IMG/VR virus record: IMGVR_UViG_3300027566_000003
Strand: one strand, 5' to 3'
DNA from: a virus
Taxonomy: Duplodnaviria > Caudoviricetes
DNA: 64,000 nt
The translations under genes and the position numbers were made by a program. The notes under the pieces are model-generated. The model did no database searches. It was not told the origin of the DNA and saw only the letters and a list, made by a program, of their open reading frames with translations. Numbering within the stretch: position 1 is the stretch's first letter; every line of letters starts with the position of its first letter. Of the stretch, positions 9,446-19,667 are shown one piece after another.

Positions 9446-9736
9446 TTAAAACTTCGGTTCATATTTAACTGCTTTTTGTTCATAGGTATATTCAATTTTA
9501 CCACATTTTTTACAAGTCCTACTCCATCTTTGTTTCAAAGCATCTCTAAATGAAGTTTTAGGCCACATATGAACTCCTTGTGTCTCATATTCTCCCGTTG
9601 AATATTCTTCCCTATATTTTTCAGGATCATATTTTACTTCATTCCATTGATGATTACAATTTCTTTCTAAATTTTCTTGATTTACTTTTGCTTCACGCAA
9701 TTGCTGTTCTAATCTTTTAATATCTTCATAACTCAT
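9446..9736 (-). CDS. hypothetical phage protein (C-x-H ... CKKC)
   Basis: ORF with SD. Confidence 0.7.
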   Translation of the reverse strand: MSYEDIKRLEQQLREAKVNQENLERNCNHQWNEVKYDPEKYREEYSTGEYETQGVHMWPKTSFRDALKQRWSRTCKKCGKIEYTYEQKAVKYEPKF

Positions 9737-9786
9737 TACATCTTCCTTCTTTCATTCTTAATTTTAAACACCATTAAATCTATCAT

Positions 9787-10077
9787 TTAAAGTACAAAAT
9801 CTAAATCTTTATAGATTAATTTCCTAATATAATCAAAATCATTAATGCCTTTTAACAATAATCTTTTACATCTTTCCAAAATTTCTAAATAATTAATAAA
9901 GTCATAATAATTATGTGTTGATTTAAATTCATTTTGTATTTTGTTCATTAGTTCTTCGTCGGAAATAGTTTTAATTTCAGTTAATAATTGTTCTTCTTGC
10001 ATCATTAGTTTAACTCTGCTTTTACCTTCTCCAGACATTGTAGTATAAAAATACGGAAGATATTTTAAGTTTATCAT
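9787..10077 (-). CDS. hypothetical phage protein
   Basis: ORF with SD. Confidence 0.6.
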   Translation of the reverse strand: MINLKYLPYFYTTMSGEGKSRVKLMMQEEQLLTEIKTISDEELMNKIQNEFKSTHNYYDFINYLEILERCKRLLLKGINDFDYIRKLIYKDLDFVL

Positions 10078-10341
10078 GTAGCACCTCTCATTTATCTGTG
10101 TTATTGTTTATCATAAATTATTAAACAACTTGTTTTAATTGTTTGTGGCACACCTACTGTAATATATTTAATATCAATTAAATCTTCCCTACTTATTTTA
10201 TTCTCTGTTAAAAAATCGTTAATTTTTTTATCTATAGATTGCCCATCACTTCTAATTTCTTTAACTTTTAACATTTGAATTTCTCCTCTTAACTGCTCAC
10301 CCTTTTGTTGAGTCAGTTTACAACAACATCAAATCAGGCAT

Positions 10342-10803
10342 TTATGCCAATTGAATAACTTCTATAGTAATTCTGATTTTGTTACCTTTTAAATCTTCTA
10401 TCATTTCTCCTAGTGAGCAAATGGGTTTATCGTAAGTTAAACAACCATCTAGATATTTTGTAAAATCTTTATCAAGATAAAGAGATACTTCTCCATCGTG
10501 ATTAACATCAGGGAATCCTTCAAAAGTTCTTCTGTATACTTTATCTAAGTCTTTAATAAAAGAATTAAACAATTCGGATTCTGTTCTCTTTGTAAATTCT
10601 TCAAGCCACTCATTCCAATATTGTTCTTCTGAGATTTCTTTGATATCTATTTCAATATCTTGGTTATAATCTAATATTCCTTTCCATCTTTTTGATTTTC
10701 TAACTAACTCAACAATCTCTTTTGCACGTTCTTGTGTCCGGCAATACATATTTCCAAAACCTTCTCTTGTGTCTTTGTTGCACATTCCGATTTTTTTAAT
10801 CAT
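10342..10803 (-). CDS. hypothetical phage protein
   Basis: ORF with SD. Confidence 0.7.
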   Translation of the reverse strand: MIKKIGMCNKDTREGFGNMYCRTQERAKEIVELVRKSKRWKGILDYNQDIEIDIKEISEEQYWNEWLEEFTKRTESELFNSFIKDLDKVYRRTFEGFPDVNHDGEVSLYLDKDFTKYLDGCLTYDKPICSLGEMIEDLKGNKIRITIEVIQLA

Positions 10804-10835
10804 AATATAATCACTCTCTTTCTTCTTAATTAATT

Positions 10836-11030
10836 TTAAATCTCTTTTGCAGTTTTAATTGCAAGTTCAATACTTCTATATCCTTCGAATACATTAAAAA
10901 ATTCTACTTTGTTTTCAGTGTGATCATATTTCTCAACTATAAAGAAACCGTCACTATCTAAATAAATTTGATTCTTACCAATTTTCACTGACTCGCCATT
11001 TAAAAGTTTTACTAAGTCTTCTTTACGCAT
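10836..11030 (-). CDS. hypothetical phage protein
   Basis: ORF with SD. Confidence 0.6.
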   Translation of the reverse strand: MRKEDLVKLLNGESVKIGKNQIYLDSDGFFIVEKYDHTENKVEFFNVFEGYRSIELAIKTAKEI

Positions 11031-11072
11031 ATCGCCAACTCCTTCTGTCCTGTAAATTTAGGTTTAATCTAG

Positions 11073-11462
11073 TTATTTGAAATTATACATTGGTAATAAT
11101 TTTTGACCGCAATATTTACATTGTTGTGTATTACTGGCTGTGCCTGTAAAACAAATTGGACAGTAAAATCCTCTTGCATATTCATTCCACTGTATTTTAA
11201 TAGGTTTATCTTTATTAGTCAAAAAGTTCACTCCTTTCAATTCTTTAAATAATTCCACAATGTCCGCTATTGTATGCAAGACAACTTCTTCATCTACTCT
11301 GAAACCCTCTTCGCCTAAATCTTTCCCAATACAAGCACCAATATATCCTTCCTTATTTTCTATAAAATGCTCAACATCATTAATATTGTGAACACACCCA
11401 TCGCCATGAGAAATGTAATAAAACCTGTCATTTTTACCCATCTTAATCATCCTTTCACTCAC
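11073..11462 (-). CDS. hypothetical protein with C-terminal double zinc ribbon
   Basis: CPIC...CKYCGQ. Confidence 0.7.
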   Translation of the reverse strand: MSERMIKMGKNDRFYYISHGDGCVHNINDVEHFIENKEGYIGACIGKDLGEEGFRVDEEVVLHTIADIVELFKELKGVNFLTNKDKPIKIQWNEYARGFYCPICFTGTASNTQQCKYCGQKLLPMYNFK

Positions 11463-11725
11463 TCCATTAAATCTTCAATCTTAACCCCTAATGCATTAAC
11501 TAACCTTAAAGCATTTTCAAAACTAATATTGGTCTTCTTACTAACTTTTCGATATTGATAAATTGTTTCAATACTCAATCCGGTTTTATCTGCTAAACCC
11601 TGACCATTCCTATGATATTCTGAATTGTCAATAATTCTTACTAGATTGCTTTTTATGACAGTAGAATCAGTTGCATTGTATTTTTCTATAAGTGATTCTA
11701 AATCCTTCTGCTGAATGTGATTCAT
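11459..11725 (-). CDS. XRE/Cro-CI-family HTH regulator
   Basis: LADKTGLSIETIYQY...ISFENALRLVNALGVKIEDL. Confidence 0.85.
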   Translation of the reverse strand: MNHIQQKDLESLIEKYNATDSTVIKSNLVRIIDNSEYHRNGQGLADKTGLSIETIYQYRKVSKKTNISFENALRLVNALGVKIEDLME

Positions 11726-11777
11726 TTTTCTATGTATTCACCTGCTTTCTAGTTGATTTGTTTTCTCTCTTGAGTAT

Positions 11778-11814
11778 AGTATATATCTTGGTAATTGGTA
11801 TGTCAACACCAATT
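11778..11814 (-). promoter_or_regulatory. sigA promoter with overlapping palindromic operator
   Basis: TTGACA-17-TATACT on the - strand; inverted repeat AATTGGT-N8-ACCAATT (11793-11814) straddles the -35. Confidence 0.75.
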
Positions 11815-11890
11815 TAGGATAAATAAAAAATATTATTTTACGTTTTATATATTCCAAGCAAATTGCGTTTTTATAGGTACAAATAAATAG

Positions 11891-11918
11891 AAAGCAGGAG
11901 GTTTATGTCCTGCTTTTT
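11891..11918. terminator. intrinsic terminator
   Basis: AAAGCAGGA-N8-TCCTGCTTT downstream of the BRO gene. Confidence 0.75.
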
Positions 11919-11931
11919 ATGTATTATGTAA

Positions 11932-12897
11932 TTATTTTGATGTACTTGTGGCATATTCCTCAGTTTCGATTGTTTTATATGCTTCGGAACACAACTGCCA
12001 TTTATCATTTTTATCTATGATATCTAAATAATTAACTTTACCTTTAAGCGTACTCAGTTTATATGGATCTTTGCCTTCAACCACCCTATCCTCATTAATT
12101 TTATCCCATTCATTTTTACGTCTTGCATAAACATCAAAACTACCTAACGTCTTCATTTTACTAAATAGAGCATTATATGCTTTTGATTTATCTCTTCCAA
12201 AATATTTATTAGCAAGAATCACCATCTTTTCAGAGAAATTGGTACGATCACAGATAAATACTTGTTGACCTTTAATTAGTTCTGTATCGGCTTTTATATC
12301 GTCAACTTGACTTTGCATTAATGCTAACATTTTTGACTGTTTATATGCTGTTAAGTCAGTCACCTTAGAATTATAAGCAAATTGCATAAGCATATCATTA
12401 GGATTATTGGTTAATGTTTGTTTGAGATTGTATATTGTAAGTGTGATATTTCTTTCTGTTTCATCTTCGATAAGCATTATATTATTTTCTGTTGAATCGA
12501 ATCTACCTGTTCTTTGAATTTGAGAAATTATTGATTTTACTTTTTTCTTGAATTGTTTAGCTTGAGGAAGTAGTGAATTATAAATCAGATCAAATGCACC
12601 ATCTTCATTTATAAATATTTCTCCTCTAGTTCCTATAGTATAATTTTCGTAACCTCCCAAGTTACGAAAACTTTCTTTCGTAACAAGAAACCTACTTTCT
12701 TCATCTACATTATTTGTAATGGCTTTAGATAAATTAACTCTCTCACTTTCTTTAGTAGTACAATTAACAGCATAACCTAAAATATTGGAAACTTGTTTAC
12801 CATTAAATAATACAGTACCTTCAAACTCAAAATTTACATCATCTTTTGTTAGGATTTCTAATTCTTGTCCTTCAAAAATTGTTAATTCATTACTCAT
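11932..12897 (-). CDS. BRO-N-domain antirepressor
   Basis: FEGQEL...VLFNGKQVSNILGY...INEDGAFDLIYNS.LPQAKQF...IQRTG. Confidence 0.85.
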   Translation of the reverse strand: MSNELTIFEGQELEILTKDDVNFEFEGTVLFNGKQVSNILGYAVNCTTKESERVNLSKAITNNVDEESRFLVTKESFRNLGGYENYTIGTRGEIFINEDGAFDLIYNSLLPQAKQFKKKVKSIISQIQRTGRFDSTENNIMLIEDETERNITLTIYNLKQTLTNNPNDMLMQFAYNSKVTDLTAYKQSKMLALMQSQVDDIKADTELIKGQQVFICDRTNFSEKMVILANKYFGRDKSKAYNALFSKMKTLGSFDVYARRKNEWDKINEDRVVEGKDPYKLSTLKGKVNYLDIIDKNDKWQLCSEAYKTIETEEYATSTSK

Positions 12898-13014
12898 ATT
12901 AATATATTACCATCCTTCTTTTTATTTATTTTATTATCATTGTAATATGTATTTTAAACTTTTAATTCAGTACAATCATATGTATCATCACATCCTTAAC
13001 TTATTAACCCTATG

Positions 13015-13842
13015 CTATTTAATAACATTTAATGGAGGATAATATTTTTCTAATATCTGATTCCCTTCATCATCTGTTTTAAACTTCATAGCTCCTTTTG
13101 CCATACCCATTGTATGCATTACATAATCATCTACTTTATCTTTCAATTCTTTATTACGTTCCATCATTATCATAAAATTTTGAGTTGTTAAATGAAAGAT
13201 CGGCATACCATTTCTATTATATTTCCAACCCGTATCTTCCCTAGAATCCTCAATACCATTAAAAAGATAATTCCAGTGCTTATAATCTTCTGTATCGTCA
13301 GTCTCATCTTTTATATTTAATTTAGCACTGACATAATTAATGCCGCACAAAGAAGCAAATTCTTCTAGTGATAAATTAATCTTATCATAATAATCACAAA
13401 TATACTCAAGTTTGCCATTTAAGTCAACAATACTATCTTTAGTTGTTTCTAGATTTTGTTCTTCTAAGGATATAAGTTCTAGTAATAGTCGATATTTTGT
13501 ATATTGTTCTGGCGTAAAATCGTTTGTGTTTTTGATTTTATTTTCTTTAATAAATTTAGAATATTCGTTCTTTAAATCTGTTAACTTATTAGAACATTCT
13601 CTTTTATATCTTATTGCATAATCACAATGTCTTTTAATCCAGATAAATTGACTATTATGTTGGTTTAATGTTCGGGGCAACGGAAGCATTTGAATATGTA
13701 ATAATATTGTGTCCTCAAAAGATGCATTTTTGAGTTCTTTTATTATTTCTTTGTCTTTAATTTTGTGAGTAAAGATAATTTTCCTCATCAGTTTTTGTTT
13801 ATATTCTTGTCTTGTCATCAGTATTTCTCCTTTATTTTTCAA
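13015..13842 (-). CDS. hypothetical protein
   Basis: 275-aa ORF; internal SD suggests the start is MTRQ. Confidence 0.7.
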   Translation of the reverse strand: MKNKGEILMTRQEYKQKLMRKIIFTHKIKDKEIIKELKNASFEDTILLHIQMLPLPRTLNQHNSQFIWIKRHCDYAIRYKRECSNKLTDLKNEYSKFIKENKIKNTNDFTPEQYTKYRLLLELISLEEQNLETTKDSIVDLNGKLEYICDYYDKINLSLEEFASLCGINYVSAKLNIKDETDDTEDYKHWNYLFNGIEDSREDTGWKYNRNGMPIFHLTTQNFMIMMERNKELKDKVDDYVMHTMGMAKGAMKFKTDDEGNQILEKYYPPLNVIK

Positions 13843-14070
13843 TTAAAAGTATTATTTGATTTGTTCAAACATATTTTCTAAACTATGTCTTGCAATTGTA
13901 TAAGGACATTTATTACAATCAGTATTCTTACTTTGCATTTCACCAAATGCACATCCGCTTTTGACAAACGTTATAACCATAATCTATCATTGCTATTAAT
14001 GCTCTATATTCGTTTTCAGTTAGTTTTAGATTTATTTCTTTTAGTTTGCTCATTGTAAATCTCCTTGAAT

Positions 14071-14310
14071 TTATTCATCTTCTTCCCAAACTTTAATAAA
14101 TCTTAATGCATCATTAAAACCTTGAATATAATCTTTACTAATATTAGTTTGATTTTTACTAAGATTTCTAATAACTTCTGCTAACGTAGGTTTAATTTCT
14201 CCTTTAAATTCTACGTAACCGCAATTACTATATCCAGAACATCTGTCAATAAATCTATTATGTTTATCCCTATCTGCATGTTCGCAAGTAAAACAATCAT
14301 TATAATTCAT
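14071..14310 (-). CDS. hypothetical Cys-rich protein
   Basis: ORF with SD. Confidence 0.6.
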   Translation of the reverse strand: MNYNDCFTCEHADRDKHNRFIDRCSGYSNCGYVEFKGEIKPTLAEVIRNLSKNQTNISKDYIQGFNDALRFIKVWEEDE

Positions 14311-14359
14311 AATTACTTTCCTCCAATTTATTTAGAATAAATTCGTAATTTTCTGAGAA

Positions 14360-14587
14360 TTAATCTTCCCATCCAAACAATCCAAAATCATTACACATAT
14401 TGAAATTATCATAAATATATTCTTGCGCTTGATCTTCTGTATCAAATTTTTTATTTAGTATAGTGTAAAACCCTCCGATAGTAAGACCTATATTATATTT
14501 ATTAAATACATTACAGTAATATATTTCTGCTGAAACATTTCGTTTACCTAAATAAATATCTTTTCTCATCTTAGATTCTCCTTTCAA
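14360..14587 (-). CDS. hypothetical phage protein
   Basis: ORF. Confidence 0.6.
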   Translation of the reverse strand: MKGESKMRKDIYLGKRNVSAEIYYCNVFNKYNIGLTIGGFYTILNKKFDTEDQAQEYIYDNFNMCNDFGLFGWED

Positions 14588-14588
14588 A

Positions 14589-14804
14589 TTAAACTTGTTT
14601 ACACTGATATTCCCAGAATCCCCACTGATCTAAATGCCCGAAACCTCTAGTTAAACAATCAGAAATATCCGTTGAATATTTAATTCTTATATTTTTGTCT
14701 TTTATGTATTGCTCTTGCTGCTCTATGGTCAATAAGTTCCATTGATTAATTGTAATATTATAATTTTTAGGTATATCATCAAAATCTAACTCATAAATAT
14801 CCAT
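14589..14804 (-). CDS. hypothetical phage protein
   Basis: ORF with SD. Confidence 0.6.
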   Translation of the reverse strand: MDIYELDFDDIPKNYNITINQWNLLTIEQQEQYIKDKNIRIKYSTDISDCLTRGFGHLDQWGFWEYQCKQV

Positions 14805-14816
14805 CTTAAATCCCCT

Positions 14817-15176
14817 TTACACCCAAATAATTTTTATTTCATGTGCCATTCTCTCTTTAAACTCCTGGTCAACAGTCTCTAAAGAATTAATATATTGTAT
14901 TACCCATTCTTTACTTTTTTCTCTCTTTTGTTTGCGTTCAATGTATTCTTGATTATTGGAACATACATAAAATTCACTTATTTCAACATCATTAAAATTA
15001 GGTATCCAAGAAAGACGTTGACCGCAAGCAAAAGTTCTATGTTCCCATTGTTGCCCATTACAATGCAACCTAACTTTTAGTTTATCAGAAAACTTATCAA
15101 GTTCAACACGCTCATTTTCTATAATATTACATCCACAAATGGGGCAACTAGTTTCTTTGATATGTCTTAATTCCAT
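14817..15176 (-). CDS. hypothetical Zn-binding phage protein
   Basis: CPICG, C...CG motifs. Confidence 0.7.
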   Translation of the reverse strand: MELRHIKETSCPICGCNIIENERVELDKFSDKLKVRLHCNGQQWEHRTFACGQRLSWIPNFNDVEISEFYVCSNNQEYIERKQKREKSKEWVIQYINSLETVDQEFKERMAHEIKIIWV

Positions 15177-15224
15177 TATCTAATCCCTCTTTCTTTTTCG
15201 GCTTAAAATGCATGTTTGATAGTG

Positions 15225-15800
15225 CTATAGTTTCCTTAAATAATTATTTAACAAGTACATAAAAGTAAATAACCTATTCCTGTCTCCAATCTCGATAGTA
15301 AAACGTTTCTTGTTATCTTTGAAACATTCAAAAACTTGATCCTCTTTAAATCCCTCGCAATATATAGAATTAATTATTTCAGTCTCATCAAACAAACTCA
15401 TAAAGTCTGCATTAATTTCCTTCTCAGATATAACTGATACTTTCCAATTATGAAAATTATTTCTGATTATCATGGATAAATTATATTTTTTCAAATTGAT
15501 TTTATAGACAGGTAGCTTGATTGATTTAGATGTATGAGTGTTGATTACTAAAACTGGATTAGCTTTAAGTTCCTCGTAATTGTCATAGAACAAGTAGTTG
15601 ATGGTATCTCGCACAAAACACACTTGATCTGAGAATCCTTGCTTATAAATCATATTATCGCTAGGACTGTTTACTCTTATCCAAGTGGTTGCATCAATAG
15701 GGAGTCTTTTAGAATAGAATTCTCTAAATTCCTCAACTATTTCTTCAACGGTTTTATTTTCATATTTACTTCTGTCAAAATCCAAGTTATATCGGTTCAA
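15225..15800 (-). CDS. hypothetical phage protein
   Basis: 191-aa ORF with TTG start and no clear SD; in frame with the upstream ORF. Confidence 0.65.
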   Translation of the reverse strand: MNRYNLDFDRSKYENKTVEEIVEEFREFYSKRLPIDATTWIRVNSPSDNMIYKQGFSDQVCFVRDTINYLFYDNYEELKANPVLVINTHTSKSIKLPVYKINLKKYNLSMIIRNNFHNWKVSVISEKEINADFMSLFDETEIINSIYCEGFKEDQVFECFKDNKKRFTIEIGDRNRLFTFMYLLNNYLRKL

Positions 15801-16013
15801 TTATAGATATTTCATAGCGATGTTGTTAGCATGACAATAAAAGACCTTAGAAATATCTTCCTCGATAATTGATACAAATTCATATCCTCTTGCTAGGTTG
15901 ATAGCTTCAGCTTGAGCTAATATAATTGCTTGTTCTTGATTCGTTGCAGAGATCTTATATTGATGTTCTACTGTTCCATTTGTTAGGGTTACAATATATT
16001 TACGTGGTATCAT
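15801..16013 (-). CDS. hypothetical phage protein (start MIPRK)
   Basis: ATG overlaps the upstream stop (TAATG). Confidence 0.6.
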   Translation of the reverse strand: MIPRKYIVTLTNGTVEHQYKISATNQEQAIILAQAEAINLARGYEFVSIIEEDISKVFYCHANNIAMKYL

Positions 16014-16210
16014 TATTGTTCCTCCTCTACTATCAATCTCTGTCCTTTGCCTTCTCCTAACCCAATACCATATTTTTGATAGTGTTCTTCGCACAAATAA
16101 GCCCATTGACCTATTAAATTTGTCTTAGCATCATAATTAGCTTTAGTAAATTTGTCATCTATTTTACAGATATCGCAATAAGGTAATGATGAGACAATTG
16201 CTTCTTTCAT
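16013..16210 (-). CDS. small Zn-binding phage protein
   Basis: CDIC...YDAKT..GQWAYLCEEH. Confidence 0.7.
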   Translation of the reverse strand: MKEAIVSSLPYCDICKIDDKFTKANYDAKTNLIGQWAYLCEEHYQKYGIGLGEGKGQRLIVEEEQ

Positions 16211-16237
16211 TTGTTATATCTCCTTTTGATTATATCA

Positions 16238-16390
16238 TTAAATAACTTTTTTATAATATTCTGTATGACACAAAATTTCCTTATCTCCTACTTGTAATAT
16301 AAAATTTGTACTACTAAGAATCTTTTTTATTTTCCCTGAAATTCTATTGCAGACTATACTTTCTACGTAATCTCCTGGTTTAAAATCCAT
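16238..16390 (-). CDS. 50-aa SH3/KOW-like small protein
   Basis: Hand-translated MDFKPGDYVES...; GGAGG SD. Confidence 0.55.
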   Translation of the reverse strand: MDFKPGDYVESIVCNRISGKIKKILSSTNFILQVGDKEILCHTEYYKKVI

Positions 16391-16428
16391 TTACTTTTAC
16401 CTCCTATAATAGTCATAAAAGAGCGATT

Positions 16429-16683
16429 TTAAGCTGTTTGTTCTAATTCATTAATAACTTTAAAATCCTCTCCGTCTGCCCATCCTAATGTCCATCCTGC
16501 ATCTAATATATAAGAATATTTAATTTTTCCTGTACTCAACATAATCTCTATTCTAATATCTTTAACTTTTAGTCTTTTCCCTTTTACAAAATGAATACCA
16601 ATATTATAATTATATGAAGTTTGGATATTGCAAGTCATTTCAACTGTATCTCCAATATTAACCTTTGGTTTTAATTCAAACAT
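16429..16683 (-). CDS. hypothetical SH3-like protein
   Basis: NIGDTV motif. Confidence 0.6.
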   Translation of the reverse strand: MFELKPKVNIGDTVEMTCNIQTSYNYNIGIHFVKGKRLKVKDIRIEIMLSTGKIKYSYILDAGWTLGWADGEDFKVINELEQTA

Positions 16684-16701
16684 TTTAAATATTCCCCTTT
16701 C

Positions 16702-16947
16702 TTAAATACAATCAATGTTATATTTTATCTTACATTCCACTTCATCTGTATACATGCAATCATACTCTTCAGCTAAGTCTCCAGCATAAAAATGTGCTGA
16801 CAAATGAGGATCATGATTTTCAGTTGCCTCTTTCTTGATAAATGACTTTTGTATTTTATCATCTAAATATACATTATAAAGTCCGTTCTCTTCTCTAACG
16901 AATACTCTAGTTGGTAATGCAAATCTCATTTTAATCCATCCTCTCAA
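16702..16947 (-). CDS. hypothetical phage protein
   Basis: ORF. Confidence 0.6.
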   Translation of the reverse strand: MRGWIKMRFALPTRVFVREENGLYNVYLDDKIQKSFIKKEATENHDPHLSAHFYAGDLAEEYDCMYTDEVECKIKYNIDCI

Positions 16948-17150
16948 ATTTTAATTTACTTAATATCTTTACACCAGTTACAATCTAGTAAACTAATCGT
17001 GTTATGACTTAAACAATATTTACCTTGTTTGGTATCGTTTTTCTTTACACAATATCCCCTATGATAACAATCTTCACAAGACTTGTCTTTTTCTTCCCAC
17101 ATCCAATTCATTTTTAAAACTCCTTTCATATTTAGAATAAAATCTGCCTT

Positions 17151-17684
17151 TTAAACTACATTATCAGAATCAATTATTTCTTCAACCTTATGTTTATATG
17201 TGTATTTGAAAGATTCTGACACATTAACATTAATCCTTTTCCCATTCTTTAATTTAAACACAGTCTTTTCAATTGCACAAGATCCACCACATTTGTTGTA
17301 TTGACTTTCATATCCGTATGATTTTATCTCTTGTATATTTGTATCTGGTAACTGAGAAATTGCCTCTAAACGCCTAAACGCCCTACTAAAATAAACTGGA
17401 AAGCACAATACATTTGCTTTGAACCCTGCCCAACTCCCATCATCGTCGTTTTCTGCCCATCTTTCAATATTGGCAATAATATTACGATTGCCTTTTAATA
17501 TTTCTTTAAATCTGAACAAAGGATTTTTGATTTTTGAAAGATATGTATAGGCATTAAATTGGTCTTCATCCCATGTCCCGAAGTCTACTTTTTGAACTGG
17601 ACTTCTAAAGAATAATCCTTTTTCAATACCCTCTTCAACTTTGATGACAAAGTTTTTATAGTTTTTAACAATAGTTTCAAACAT
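17151..17684 (-). CDS. hypothetical phage protein
   Basis: ORF with SD. Confidence 0.7.
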   Translation of the reverse strand: MFETIVKNYKNFVIKVEEGIEKGLFFRSPVQKVDFGTWDEDQFNAYTYLSKIKNPLFRFKEILKGNRNIIANIERWAENDDDGSWAGFKANVLCFPVYFSRAFRRLEAISQLPDTNIQEIKSYGYESQYNKCGGSCAIEKTVFKLKNGKRINVNVSESFKYTYKHKVEEIIDSDNVV

Positions 17685-18265
17685 TTAAACACACTCTCCT
17701 CTTTTATTTTTATTTTTATAATAAAAATAAAAATATACTCTTTTAAGAATTAAACCTTAGAAACAAAATCTCCATTCTCATCATAAATATTGATAAAACT
17801 ATAACCAGTTCCTTTAGGATCATAACAAGCAACATAAGTCCAATCTGGATCATTTATTTTCATCACGTTAACAAAAGTTTCTGCTTCAATAGGATTAAAT
17901 AGTTTTTCGTTTGTGTCTAGAGTAACAATTATGTATCACTCCTTAAATATTTATTTCTTGATTACATTATATTACACTTTTAAATAAATTACAATACCTT
18001 CCACGCAATAAATATGGTTTGCTTTTCGTACTTTTAAAGTCTCTGTTTGCGCCTTTGAATTCACAGTCTATCACTTGAAAAATAAACTATACAATAACGT
18101 ACAGTTAGTTTGTGGCAAGGTTTTCACCAGATATAGGAACATTGTTCTTGCTTCACATAATTGTGAAAATTCTCTAACGTCCGTTATTCGGATGTTTGAA
18201 AATCCATGCAATAAATATTAGTTGCTGTTATTGACATCCTACCAAAATAGCATTTTAGTGGATAA

Positions 18266-18529
18266 TCAACAACCAAAAGAAGAATATATTTGATCCTCAA
18301 TATTTAATATGTCTGTTCTACTGAATTCTTTTAAAGTATTGCAAATTGAATCAGCTATATAGAAATTATTATTTTTTCTAATATTTTGCACTTGTGTTCC
18401 ATATCTTAATTGAAGAATTTTTAAAGCTCTCTTTAAAGTTAATTTTTTAGTTCTTTTAATTTCCATCTTAATACACTCCTCATAATTATTTACTAACCCA
18501 TGTTCCCCATATAAACCCACCAACGCCAT
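18266..18529 (-). CDS. hypothetical phage protein
   Basis: ORF. Confidence 0.55.
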   Translation of the reverse strand: MALVGLYGEHGLVNNYEECIKMEIKRTKKLTLKRALKILQLRYGTQVQNIRKNNNFYIADSICNTLKEFSRTDILNIEDQIYSSFGC

Positions 18530-18788
18530 AACCCATGCTGTTATATAGTCTGCTGTTATAGCGAATATGGGTTTAAATCGTTAGCACTGATTATCTTCCG
18601 AATCCTTTTGGTTGATTAGTAAGAACATAGCATTCAGACATTTTAATTTTACTAGCATCATATCCTACTGCCTCACATGCTTCTTTTAAACTATCACCCT
18701 TTAAGGTCTCAATTTTACCTTCTTTAATCCAGTGTAGTTCATAGTTATACATTCTTAAAACTCCTTTCTAATACGATAAATTTTACTT

Positions 18789-19148
18789 TTATCGACTTCC
18801 TATAAATGATAATATCGCTTTACTATTCCTTTTTTCTGCTCTTTCATATCCTGAGCAAGTTATATTTCTTGTTGTTGCTTCTCCATAACCGTTGACAAAC
18901 GTTTTATTATCTTCCGTTTTATTATTTTCGTTTGTTCTATTCGTATCTTTTACCATTCTTTCTAATTCTAATAACTCCTTAATCATACCCTTTAGTTTTT
19001 TACTTCCTTCCCTCCACTCTGCTAAAATTGGATCAGCTTTTTTGTTTAATGGATCTTCATGTGTTGGCATCCAAGAAATTGAATTGTATAGTGCTATATT
19101 TTTATTTCTCTGTTCTTCTATTTTCTTTTTTAATTCTTTTATTCTCAT
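18789..19148 (-). CDS. hypothetical phage protein
   Basis: ORF coupled to the upstream gene. Confidence 0.7.
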   Translation of the reverse strand: MRIKELKKKIEEQRNKNIALYNSISWMPTHEDPLNKKADPILAEWREGSKKLKGMIKELLELERMVKDTNRTNENNKTEDNKTFVNGYGEATTRNITCSGYERAEKRNSKAILSFIGSR

Positions 19149-19369
19149 TATACTAACTCCTTTTCTGTTATAACTTCATTTTTATTAATACAAACAATAT
19201 CATTTTGAAATCCAATTAAACTAGGATGAAATTGTAATTTATCCTTACAATTAGGACAGTTTTTTGTATATTTACATTCTTCAATCGTTCCTTCTGTACC
19301 TGCCCACACCCAAATACCTCCTGCATAATTTGAACGCTTATTAACTAATAATTTTGACATTAAAATCAT
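19148..19369 (-). CDS. hypothetical protein (CPNC)
   Basis: ORF with SD. Confidence 0.6.
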   Translation of the reverse strand: MILMSKLLVNKRSNYAGGIWVWAGTEGTIEECKYTKNCPNCKDKLQFHPSLIGFQNDIVCINKNEVITEKELV

Positions 19370-19436
19370 TCCTTTCTTAAATACAATAAATTTTACTTTT
19401 CATTTGGTAATTTCTTAATCAATCTTACTTGATTAA

Positions 19437-19667
19437 CTATAAAGAAAGGAAACCTAAACATTCGTCTTTACCAATTAAAGTCATTTTAACTAACCATTTT
19501 TCACTAGCGTAAATTTCTGGTTCCGTAGTTGTATCCCATGAATATTCGTTACCATCTTGATCCCTAAAGGTATAATTCCATGCCTTTCCTGGGAATCTAT
19601 CACTTGCCATATGGTCATACCAAACTATTACAGGTAATTCAATCCTTTTCTTTTCTACTAGTTTCAT
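19437..19667 (-). CDS. hypothetical phage protein
   Basis: ORF with GGAGG SD. Confidence 0.6.
   Translation of the reverse strand: MKLVEKKRIELPVIVWYDHMASDRFPGKAWNYTFRDQDGNEYSWDTTTEPEIYASEKWLVKMTLIGKDECLGFLSL

Noticed and set aside
16238-16390. Suspected frameshift in a small gene
   Set aside because: Careful retranslation gives an intact 50-aa ORF, so it is not evidence of general indel errors.
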